Shown here piece after piece: positions 8,928-16,578 of a stretch of DNA of 64,000 bases. Position numbers and translations under genes: made by a program. Location: contig CABQMF010000001.1 in the NCBI GenBank assembly GCA_902465265.1, positions 5,652 to 69,651 on the forward strand. The letters run 5' to 3'. Numbering within the stretch: the stretch's first letter is position 1; every line of letters starts with the position of its first letter. The notes under the pieces were generated by a model. That model did no database searches. It was given only the letters and a program-made list of their open reading frames with translations, and was not told the DNA's origin. Origin of the DNA: an uncultured Collinsella sp. (lineage in GTDB: Bacteria > Actinomycetota > Coriobacteriia > Coriobacteriales > Coriobacteriaceae).

Positions 8928-9039
8928 GCGTGCCTGGCTGTTTAGTTCGCTGCTCGGGCAGTCCTGCGCAAGACGGAAAGCACATTAAGTGCTTTCCTTT
9001 GCGTGCGGAACTCGCGACGAACTAAACAGCCAGGCACGC
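8928..9039 (-). repeat. E-family nested-hairpin element, copy E2 (thrC-thrB spacer)
   Basis: Perfect 22-bp outer stem (8928-8949/9018-9039) and perfect 9-bp inner stem (8975-8983/8989-8997). On the minus strand the unpaired strands read GTTCCGCAC and GCAGGAC. Confidence 0.8.
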
Positions 9040-9075
9040 TGTGCGCGTTCGTCATCATCCCGGGGGTTATCTGAT

Positions 9076-9106
9076 GAAAGAAAGTGCGCCGGCTTTCGCC
9101 GGCGCC
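9076..9106 (-). terminator. Intrinsic terminator after thrC
   Basis: The minus-strand transcript reads GGCGCCGGC-GAAA-GCCGGCGCAC followed by TTTCTTTC. It starts 13 nt after the thrC stop. Confidence 0.6.
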
Positions 9107-9118
9107 TTATAAGGGGTT

Positions 9119-10636
9119 TTAGTTGGAAGCCATCTTTTTTGCTGCAGACTCTACGTAGTTGGCCATGTCGGCTACGTCGCAGACGTCTTCGAAGCGGACG
9201 GGCTTGGACTCGAGTTCGGCGAGCTGCGCCGGGGCGACCGTATTGGTGGCCTGCTCGAGCACGCGCATGGCCTCAAAATCATCCTCGGGAACGTCGAGGC
9301 CCAGGGCGTCGCAGCAGGCGCGCGGGAACTTGTAGGGGCTTGCGGTCGAAAGCAGCACGCGGGCCTTGGCGCCCTTGGCGGGGGCGACCTTTTCGAAGAC
9401 GTGATAGCCGCAGGCGGTGTGCGGGTCGATCACGTAGTCGTTCGCATCCCAGCAACTCTTAATGGCAGCGCGGACCTCGTCCTCGTTGGCCCAACCGCAG
9501 CCAAAGACGCTCTGAATCTTTGCCAGCAGGTCAGTGGGAACCTCGTAGCGACCAGTCTGTGCCAGCTGCTCCATAAGGCCGGCAACGAGTTCGCAGTCGC
9601 CATCGGACAGGAAGTAGAGCATGCGCTCCAGGTTGGAGCTAATAAGGATGTCCATCGACGGCGAGATAGTCGTGAAGAACGGGCGGTTACGGTCGTAAAC
9701 ACCGGTGGTCAGGAAGTCGGCAAGCACGTTGTTCTTGTCGCTCGCCACGACGAGCTTGGCGACGGGCAGACCCATGCGCTTGGCGTAGTAGCCGGCCAAG
9801 ATATCGCCAAAGTTGCCGGTCGGTACGCAGAACTCCACGGCGTCGCCGGCCTCGATGGCGCCGGCGCGCAGCAGCTGCGCATAGGCGGCAAAGTAGTAGA
9901 CGACCTGCGGTACCAGGCGACCGACATTGATGGAGTTGGCGCTCGAAAGCACCGTGCCGGCGGCCTCCAGACGCTCGGCAAGCTCCTTATCGGCAAAGAT
10001 GCGCTTGACGGCGCTCTGAGCGTCGTCAAAGTTGCCGCGGATACCGCAGACGGCGACGTTGTCGCCCTCCTGCGTGGACATCTGCAGGTTCTGGACGCGG
10101 CTGACCTTGCCCTCGGGATAAAAGACGGTGATGCCCGTGCCCGGAGCGTCGGCAAAACCGGCGAGCGCGGCCTTGCCCGTGTCGCCCGACGTGGCGGTGA
10201 CGATCATGATGCGCTCGGCGCCGCCGTCCCTGGCGGAAGTGCGGGCCATGAGGCGGGGGAGCATCTGAAGGGCGACGTCCTTGAAGGCGCTTGTGGGGCC
10301 GCCAAAGAGCTCCATCACATAGGTCTGAGGAGCGTCGGCGCCCGGCGCAGCGTCGAGTTTGACGAGCGGCGTGACCTCTTCACTCGCGAACGTGCCGCGG
10401 TATGCCTCGTCGACACACGCCGAAATTTCTTCGGCCGTGTAATCATTCAGTAACATTCCCAACACATCTTGAGCGATTTCAAAGTACGATTTATCTGCAA
10501 GCGAGCTGATATCGACCTGCTGGGTGCCGAGCTCGTCCGAGACAAACAAACCCCCGTCGGGAGCGATGCCGGTACGGATTGCCACCTTACTTGAGCACGA
10601 TAAAGTGCGTCCTCGTGTACTATGATAAGTTCCCAT
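9119..10636 (-). CDS. thrC: Threonine synthase (long form)
   Basis: PLP-lysine motif SAFKDVALQ and a TSGDTGKA loop. Start moved to ATG 10636 (MGTYHSTRG..). Confidence 0.9.
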   Translation of the reverse strand: MGTYHSTRGRTLSCSSKVAIRTGIAPDGGLFVSDELGTQQVDISSLADKSYFEIAQDVLGMLLNDYTAEEISACVDEAYRGTFASEEVTPLVKLDAAPGADAPQTYVMELFGGPTSAFKDVALQMLPRLMARTSARDGGAERIMIVTATSGDTGKAALAGFADAPGTGITVFYPEGKVSRVQNLQMSTQEGDNVAVCGIRGNFDDAQSAVKRIFADKELAERLEAAGTVLSSANSINVGRLVPQVVYYFAAYAQLLRAGAIEAGDAVEFCVPTGNFGDILAGYYAKRMGLPVAKLVVASDKNNVLADFLTTGVYDRNRPFFTTISPSMDILISSNLERMLYFLSDGDCELVAGLMEQLAQTGRYEVPTDLLAKIQSVFGCGWANEDEVRAAIKSCWDANDYVIDPHTACGYHVFEKVAPAKGAKARVLLSTASPYKFPRACCDALGLDVPEDDFEAMRVLEQATNTVAPAQLAELESKPVRFEDVCDVADMANYVESAAKKMASN

Positions 10637-10739
10637 ATAACACTGCTCCTCGGATGCCTTGGTCCCAATCGGTGAAACCATGGTATCAGAGCGCGCAAAA
10701 CAGGTTTGCAGAGGCTTTTAGAAAGGTAACCTCAAGCCC

Positions 10740-12128
10740 ATGATTAAGATTGCCAAGTTTGGCGGCTCGTCGGTCGCCGACGCCGAACACTTCAAGAAGA
10801 TCAAGGCCATCGTCGATGCCGACCCTGCCCGCCGTTTTGTGGTGGTTTCCGCCTGCGGCCGCCGCTTTAAGGGCGACACCAAGGTGACCGACCTGCTCTA
10901 CCTGGTTAACGCGCATGTTAAGTATCACGTGTCGTGTGAGGAGCTGCTCGAGGACATTGGCCAGCGCTATTTTGATATCGCTGACGAGTTGGAGCTCACC
11001 TATCCCATCCGCGAGGAGTTCGCGGCCTTTGCCGAGCGCGCCCGCTCGGGCGGCTACTCTACCGAGGAGCTCGTGAGCCGTGGCGAGTACTTCACCGCTC
11101 GCCTGATGGCGGAGTACCTGGGCCTGCCGTTCCTGGACGCCGCGACGGTTGTGGCGTTCCATCATGACGGTACGCTCAGCATGAATCGCACCTCCGAGCT
11201 GGTGCAGGAGTACGGCCAGCAGGGCGGCTTTGTTATGCCCGGTTTCTACGGCGCGACGCGTGAGGGCCAGATCAAGCTGCTCGACCGTGGTGGCGGCGAT
11301 ATTTCCGGCTCGATCCTGGCCAAGTGCCTGGGTGCCGACCTGTACGAGAACTGGACCGACGTCTCGGGCTTCTATTCTGCCGATCCTCGCATTGTGCCCG
11401 AGGCTCAGCCCATTGCGCGCGTTACCTACGAGGAGCTGCGCGAACTTTCGTACATGGGTGCAAGCGTCCTGCACGAGGAAGCCGTATTCCCCGTGCGTGA
11501 GGCGGGTATTCCGCTGGTCATCAAGAACACCAATGCGCCGCAGGACCCCGGCACCATCATTAGCGAGACGGCTGACGAGGGCGAGGCAGAGCCCATCATT
11601 ACCGGCGTGACCGGCAAGCGCGGCTTTGTCGCCATCAACGTCGCCCGCGACCGCACCAAGCCTCGCGTCGGCTTTATGCGCCGCGCACTTTCGGTCTTCG
11701 AGCGCTATGACGTTTCCGTCGAGCACATGCCCACCGGTGTCGACCGCTTTGGCGCCGTGGTGCAGGAGAAGGATGTGCACGATTCGCTGTACTCGCTTGT
11801 GGGCGACATTCAACAGGAGGTAGAGCCGCTCGAGATCGAGGTTGTCGAGGGCCTGGCGCTTATCGCGACCGTCGGCCGTAACCTGCGCGGCCGCGCAGGT
11901 ATCTCGGGCCATCTGTTTGGTATGCTTGGCCAGGCCGGCGTGAGTGTGCGCATGATCTCGCAGAGCTGTGACGAGATCAACATCATTATCGGTGTCGAGG
12001 AGAAGGACTTCGACCTAGCGATTCAGACCATTTACCGTGCCTTCTCCGACGAAAACGGCATTGTGAAGGTTTCCGATCTGGAGGCTCCTGCGCCGGTCGA
12101 TCCCGCTCTGGCCGCGCTCAAAAAGTAG
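10740..12128 (+). CDS. lysC: Aspartate kinase
   Basis: N-terminus MIKIAKFGGSSVADAEH and C-terminal ACT-like repeats. Divergent from thrC and followed by asd. Confidence 0.9.
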   Translation: MIKIAKFGGSSVADAEHFKKIKAIVDADPARRFVVVSACGRRFKGDTKVTDLLYLVNAHVKYHVSCEELLEDIGQRYFDIADELELTYPIREEFAAFAERARSGGYSTEELVSRGEYFTARLMAEYLGLPFLDAATVVAFHHDGTLSMNRTSELVQEYGQQGGFVMPGFYGATREGQIKLLDRGGGDISGSILAKCLGADLYENWTDVSGFYSADPRIVPEAQPIARVTYEELRELSYMGASVLHEEAVFPVREAGIPLVIKNTNAPQDPGTIISETADEGEAEPIITGVTGKRGFVAINVARDRTKPRVGFMRRALSVFERYDVSVEHMPTGVDRFGAVVQEKDVHDSLYSLVGDIQQEVEPLEIEVVEGLALIATVGRNLRGRAGISGHLFGMLGQAGVSVRMISQSCDEINIIIGVEEKDFDLAIQTIYRAFSDENGIVKVSDLEAPAPVDPALAALKK

Positions 12129-12136
12129 CGACTGCT

Positions 12137-12227
12137 CGGTAGATTTTTGGGTCATGTCTCAAAAATCTACGGCGGGGCGTTTCGTTTCGGTTTCGTTTCG
12201 ACGGGGCGGGTTTCGTGCCCGCCCCGT
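12137..12227 (+). other. lysC-asd spacer: hairpin, GTTTC pentanucleotide run, second GC-rich hairpin
   Basis: Contains three parts. First, an 11-bp stem GTAGATTTTTG/CAAAAATCTAC. Second, the run CGTTTCGTTTCGGTTTCGTTTCG (12178-12200). Third, a hairpin ACGGGGCGGG-TTTCGT-(G)CCCGCCCCGT (12201-12227). Confidence 0.5.
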
Positions 12228-12301
12228 TCTTGTATACACTGGCAACAATAATCGGCCTGCTCGGCGTGCGGGCAAAAGCCACAACCTTTAAAGGGGGAAG
12301 C

Positions 12302-13327
12302 ATGAAACAGTACACGGTTGCTATTTTGGGCGCGACGGGAGCCGTGGGCACCCAGATGCTCGAATGCCTCAACGAGCAGGAGTTCCCGGTTGGCAAGCTC
12401 AAGCTGCTGGCAAGTGCACGCTCCGCGGGCAAGACCGTTGAGTTCCGCGGCGAGCAAATCGTGATCGAAGAGGCTTGCCCCGAGGCCTTTGAGGGCTGCG
12501 ACATCGTACTCGGTGCTGCCGGCGACGATATCGCCAAGGAGCTGCTGCCCGAGGCCGTCAAGCGCGGCGCCGTCGTGGTCGACAACAGCCATGCCTTCCG
12601 CATGGATCCCGAGGTGCCGCTGGTCGTGCCCGAGATCAATGCCGACGATATCAAGTGGCATCACGGCCTTATCGCCAACCCCAACTGCGCGACCATCATC
12701 GGCCTGGTTCCCACCTGGCCGCTGCACCAGCTCGCCGGCGTGAAGCGCATGATCGTCTCGACGTATCAGGCGGCTTCGGGTGCCGGCGCTCCCGGTATGG
12801 CCGAGCTCGAGGCTCAGCTGACCGCCCTGGGCCGTGGCGAGGAGATTCCCGAGCCGCGCGCATTTGCCGCCCAGCTGGCGAGCAACCTGATTCCGCAGAT
12901 CGGCGGTGTCAAGGAGGAGGGCTTTACCTCCGAGGAGATGAAGCTGCAAAACGAGGGCCGTAAGATCATGCACCTGCCCGAGCTGCGCGTGAACTGCACC
13001 TGCGTGCGCGTGCCTGTGCTGCGCTCGCACTCCGAGAGCATTACGCTCGAGTTCGAGCGCGACATCACGGTGGAAGAGGCCCGTGCTGCGCTGGCTGCCG
13101 CTCCGGGCGTGAAGCTGGTTGACGACATGAGCGCCGAGGATGCGCACGATCGCTTCCCCATGCCGATGGATACGTCCGACCAGGACCTGATCTGGGTCGG
13201 TCGCGTGCGTCGCGACATCTCGAACCCCGAGGCTGCGCGTGGCATCACCTTCTGGTGCTGCGGCGACCAAATCCGTAAGGGCGCGGCAACCAACGCCGTC
13301 CAGATCGCTAAGCTGCTCTGCGAGTAG
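12302..13327 (+). CDS. asd: Aspartate-semialdehyde dehydrogenase
   Basis: Rossmann motif AILGATGAVG and active-site IANPNCATI. Start at ATG 12302 (MKQYTV..) with an upstream GGGGGA SD. Confidence 0.9.
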   Translation: MKQYTVAILGATGAVGTQMLECLNEQEFPVGKLKLLASARSAGKTVEFRGEQIVIEEACPEAFEGCDIVLGAAGDDIAKELLPEAVKRGAVVVDNSHAFRMDPEVPLVVPEINADDIKWHHGLIANPNCATIIGLVPTWPLHQLAGVKRMIVSTYQAASGAGAPGMAELEAQLTALGRGEEIPEPRAFAAQLASNLIPQIGGVKEEGFTSEEMKLQNEGRKIMHLPELRVNCTCVRVPVLRSHSESITLEFERDITVEEARAALAAAPGVKLVDDMSAEDAHDRFPMPMDTSDQDLIWVGRVRRDISNPEAARGITFWCCGDQIRKGAATNAVQIAKLLCE

Positions 13328-13339
13328 TGTGACCTGTCC

Positions 13340-13469
13340 GGCGGGGGCCGGGCTTAGTTTTCAGAACGTCCTCGACCATGTGTGGCGCCTTGTCCTGCTC
13401 CTTCGGAGCCGCGGACAAGGCGCCACACTGGTCTGCGGAGTGTTCTGAAAACTAAGCCCGGCCCCCGCC
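13340..13469 (-). repeat. E-family nested-hairpin element, copy E3
   Basis: Perfect 28-bp outer stem (13340-13367/13442-13469) and perfect 16-bp inner stem (13380-13395/13413-13428). On the minus strand the loop strands read ACTCCGCAG and ATGGTCGAGGACG. Confidence 0.85.
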
Positions 13470-13566
13470 TGCGGTGACGCTGTTGCGAGCGGCCTGCGAT
13501 GGGGCCGTTGTTGGTTGGGGCCGCTGGGCTGATGTGGGGGCACGTGGCCGTTGCGGGCTCTGGTCC

Positions 13567-13727
13567 CGGCGGCGGCCTCGGCGCTTCGCGCCTGCCGCCT
13601 TTGGGGGCTGTGGGGCGCGGCCGGCAGCTACGGCGCGTTAGCGCCTGCTGCCTGCGGGGACTTTGGGGTTGAGGCGGTAACTTTGGCGCGCCTGCGTTTG
13701 TTGCTTGTGAAGGCTTAGGGGCTGGTG
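13567..13727. repeat. Three degenerate tandem repeats of about 55 bp
   Basis: Each unit has a GGCGC..GCGCC mini-hairpin followed by CTGC..G..TTTGGGG/CTTAGGGG. The copies are heavily diverged and there is no ORF. Confidence 0.4.
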
Positions 13728-13733
13728 CGAATC

Positions 13734-13913
13734 GAAGGTGAATGGTTTCTCGGGAAGTGAACGACCTATTTTGGACCCTTGAAGCATCGGCATATTTTGG
13801 CCGCCATTTCCTGCGGTTTTATCGCATGAATCCTGCTGTTTTGCAATTAAAAAATACGGATGGTTCGGGGCCCTAGTTTTACTCGTTCACTTCTCGGAAA
13901 ACCATTCACCTTC
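13734..13913. mobile_element. MITE-like element: 31-bp terminal inverted repeats around an AT-richer core
   Basis: GAAGGTGAATGGTTTCTCGGGAAGTGAACGA (13734-13764) against the reverse complement of 13883-13913 gives 28/31 matches. The 118-bp interior has lower GC and no convincing ORF. Confidence 0.5.
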
Positions 13914-14073
13914 ATTTTCTCCGGGCAGAGTTTTGGTTGTTACAGTTCTACATTGGCCGAAATTGAGCGGAAAACAGCCTCGCTTAAGCAATTGCGAGCC
14001 CGCTCGGACGTATCTGTGGGGTTGTCTGCACAATTCGCGGTATCATGGTGCGGAGTTTTGAAAGGAGCCGCTG

Positions 14074-14652
14074 GTGGTCACGACGACGTTTGCTTCGCCT
14101 TTGGGCGAAATCCTACTTGCCGCTGATGGCCGCGGTCTGACGGGGCTTTGGTTTGAGGGGCAGGAGCACTTTGGCTCTACGCTGCTCAAAGAAGATGCGG
14201 AGCACGTTGAAGGTGCCGATGCGGTTTCTGGTACCAGTGGGATGTCTTCGGTGAGTCCGGCAAATGGTGCGGCCTCTTCGGTGCTTGAGTGTTCCTGGGC
14301 TTGGCTGAATGCTTTTTTTGCAGGGCAGGAACCTCAGTTTACGCCGCCGTTGCATATGATCGGCACAGCGTTTCAGCGCGAGGTTTGGTTTGAGCTGCTT
14401 TCTATTCCGCGTGGTGAGGTCGCTACGTATGGTGAGATCGCCCAGCGTGTCGCCGCCCGCCATCGGGTGCCGGGAAACGAGGCGCCCGTTGTGTCTCCTC
14501 GTGCGGTGGGGGCTGCGGTCGCGCGTAATCCCATTTCGATTATTGTGCCGTGCCATCGCGTGGTGGCGGCCGACGGATCGCTCAACGGATATGCCGGCGG
14601 GCTTGACCGCAAGGAGTGGCTGCTTCGACTTGAGGGCGCGTATGAGGAGTGA
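14074..14652 (+). CDS. ogt: Methylated-DNA--protein-cysteine methyltransferase
   Basis: Active-site motif IIVPCHRVV. GTG start 6 nt after the SD AAAGGAG. Confidence 0.85.
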   Translation: MVTTTFASPLGEILLAADGRGLTGLWFEGQEHFGSTLLKEDAEHVEGADAVSGTSGMSSVSPANGAASSVLECSWAWLNAFFAGQEPQFTPPLHMIGTAFQREVWFELLSIPRGEVATYGEIAQRVAARHRVPGNEAPVVSPRAVGAAVARNPISIIVPCHRVVAADGSLNGYAGGLDRKEWLLRLEGAYEE

Positions 14653-14664
14653 CGCTCGAGTACT

Positions 14665-14793
14665 TTGCCTGTAGTAGCCGACTTCGACCAAAGCTCGCTC
14701 GAGTTCGCTTTGATCAGAGCACTTAAGACCCTTGTTTTCTGTCAATAGTGCTATCTGTTCGTTGATGGATATCCACGACTTCTGGTATTTCAT
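14665..14793 (-). pseudogene. 5' fragment of an Abi (Abi_2/AbiD-like abortive-infection) gene
   Basis: MKYQKSWISINEQIALLTENKGLKCSDQSELERALVEVGYYRQ resembles Abi-family N-termini (..eQi.lL...gl......a...L....YYR). The frame then runs into the antisense of ogt with no further Abi-like sequence. Local GC is clearly lower. Confidence 0.55.
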
Positions 14794-14962
14794 TAAGCCT
14801 CTTGAAATAAAAAGAGCTGGAGTTGCGCATCGTTGAGAGGCTTTCCAGCTTTAGAGACATAAAATTATAAGATACGATGACCTGCGTCAAGGAAGCTGCC
14901 AGATGACCTTGGAGCGGCTGATTGCCTGGCCTAAAACCTGATGCGCGGGACGGCGCCCCACG

Positions 14963-15601
14963 CTATTCAGCGCGCTTGATAGGATGACGAACCACAGTCT
15001 TAAGTTTCTCCGGTGCACATTTGCGTGGATCGGAGAGATAGATTTCGTGATGGAAACGGGTGTCTGAGAAGTCGGGGACATAGCCCTGCTCGGTCGTGTA
15101 TTCATTCATAGCGCCTACGGTCGCCGGTTCGTTGTCGTAGGGCCCGGTGTGCATGCATTGAACGCAGAGGCCCTCGTCAACTTTAAGCAGCTCGACGGCA
15201 GAAAAGTCAAGTTTCTTTTTGGTCGTGGCTTCCGCGACTGCCCAGTCAAAGTCATCTCGGGTGACGAAATCGGGCAGGCGAATGCACGAGATAAAGTTGA
15301 AATCGTCCTTGCGTACATAATCGATGTCGCCGCTCGGGGAGTCTTGCCACCAGAAACCCTCGAGCGGCGGTACCACAAAGTCGAAATAGCCCTTGATACT
15401 CCTTGAGCCTTTCTTCGACATCTTGACGGTATAGGCGATGCCGTAAAGCAGCGGCAGGGCGTTTTGATACTCGCCACCTTCGGTATTTGGGTCGCCCTTT
15501 CCGCGAACGGCAACGTAGCTCATAGGCGGGACAGTTACGATGCTCGGCTTGCTTGCAGGTTTGTAGAGCTCCTTGCATTCCTTCTTAAAGTCGAACGCCA
15601 T
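14963..15601 (-). CDS. GyrI-like small-molecule-binding domain protein
   Basis: The N-terminus MAFDFKKECKELYKPASKPSIVTVPPMSYVAVRGKGDPN is typical of the GyrI-like / effector-binding family. Confidence 0.7.
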   Translation of the reverse strand: MAFDFKKECKELYKPASKPSIVTVPPMSYVAVRGKGDPNTEGGEYQNALPLLYGIAYTVKMSKKGSRSIKGYFDFVVPPLEGFWWQDSPSGDIDYVRKDDFNFISCIRLPDFVTRDDFDWAVAEATTKKKLDFSAVELLKVDEGLCVQCMHTGPYDNEPATVGAMNEYTTEQGYVPDFSDTRFHHEIYLSDPRKCAPEKLKTVVRHPIKRAE

Positions 15602-15657
15602 GTTGGCCGCCTTTCTGCGTATTGGCCTGCTTAGATAACGGAATCATATCATAGAAA

Positions 15658-15671
15658 CGAACAGCTGTTCG
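15658..15671. promoter_or_regulatory. Perfect 14-bp palindrome CGAACAGCTGTTCG in a divergent promoter region
   Basis: Lies 57 bp upstream of the GyrI-like gene start. Candidate operator. Confidence 0.3.
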
Positions 15672-15771
15672 AATGATTTTGCTGACAGATAGAGATGCGT
15701 GCGTTGTGTTTGGCGGTCGGCCTGACCCCGTCGATGATTTCTCTGCCTTCCCGGCGCTTGCCTGCGCTCCC

Positions 15772-15821
15772 CGTTTCCCCATATAAAACCTGCCAAAATG
15801 AACCTGTCCCTTTTTGGTCGG
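15772..15821 (-). repeat. R-family hairpin repeat, copy R1 (reverse orientation, weakened stem)
   Basis: The reverse complement reads CCGACCAAAAAGGGACAGGTTCATTTTGGCAGGTTTTATATGGGGAAACG. Confidence 0.8.
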
Positions 15822-15871
15822 CGTGAAATGGGTAATACTAAAGAGTTATCCGACCAGATGGGAATTAATCG

Positions 15872-16573
15872 ATGGCTTATATCGAATTCAAAGACGTCAT
15901 CAAGGCGTACGGAGAGGGCGATGCCCGCATTCACGCGCTCGACGGCGCGAGCTTTACCGTTGAGCGCGGTGAGCTTGCCATTATCCTGGGCGCCTCGGGT
16001 GCCGGCAAGACCACGGCGCTCAACATCCTGGGCGGCATGGATACGGTAACCTCCGGCACCGTGACGGTGGACGGGCGCGACGTGAGCTCCGCCAACGAGG
16101 CGCAGCTCGTGGAATACCGCCGTGCCGACGTCGGCTTTGTCTTCCAGTTCTACAATCTGGTCCCCAACCTGACGGCGCTCGAAAACGTTGAGCTCGCGGC
16201 GCAAATCTGCCCCGATTCGCTCGATGCCGAACAGACGCTTCGCCAGGTTGGCCTGGGCGGGCGCCTCGCCAACTTTCCGGCGCAGCTTTCGGGCGGCGAG
16301 CAGCAGCGCGTGTCCATTGCACGTGCACTGGCCAAGAACCCCAAGCTGCTTTTGTGCGACGAGCCCACGGGCGCGCTCGACTATAAAACCGGCAAGCAGA
16401 TCCTGCAGCTGCTGCAGGATACCTGCCGCAAGCAGGGCATTACGGTCATCATCATCACGCACAACTCCGCGCTGGCGCCCATGGCCGATCGCCTGATCCG
16501 CTTTAAGAGCGGGCGCGTGGAGAGTGAAACGGTCCAGCAAAATCCCGTGCCTATCGAGACGATCGAGTGGTAG
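15872..16573 (+). CDS. ABC transporter ATP-binding protein (MacB/LolD-like)
   Basis: Walker [10 protein letters not shown], signature [13 protein letters not shown], Walker [13 protein letters not shown]. Confidence 0.9.
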   Translation: MAYIEFKDVIKAYGEGDARIHALDGASFTVERGELAIILGASGAGKTTALNILGGMDTVTSGTVTVDGRDVSSANEAQLVEYRRADVGFVFQFYNLVPNLTALENVELAAQICPDSLDAEQTLRQVGLGGRLANFPAQLSGGEQQRVSIARALAKNPKLLLCDEPTGALDYKTGKQILQLLQDTCRKQGITVIIITHNSALAPMADRLIRFKSGRVESETVQQNPVPIETIEW

Positions 16574-16578
16574 CGCCC

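Noticed and set aside
7895-9025. 376-aa + strand ORF opposite thrB
   Set aside because: The product is Gly/Ala/Arg/His-rich and low-complexity, and the ORF is antisense to a well-supported thrB gene. This is a typical high-GC shadow ORF.
10637-10739. Lysine riboswitch or Thr attenuator in the thrC/lysC divergent region
   Set aside because: Only 103 bp are available. That is too short for an L-box (about 180 nt), and no leader peptide with Thr/Ile/Lys runs is present.
10686-11912. 408-aa minus-strand ORF opposite lysC
   Set aside because: Antisense shadow of aspartate kinase. The composition is dominated by Ala/Gly/Arg/Leu with no recognisable motifs.
13860-14126. 88-aa ORF in the asd-ogt gap
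   Set aside because: It starts inside the MITE-like element, overlaps the ogt start, has no SD and has odd composition.
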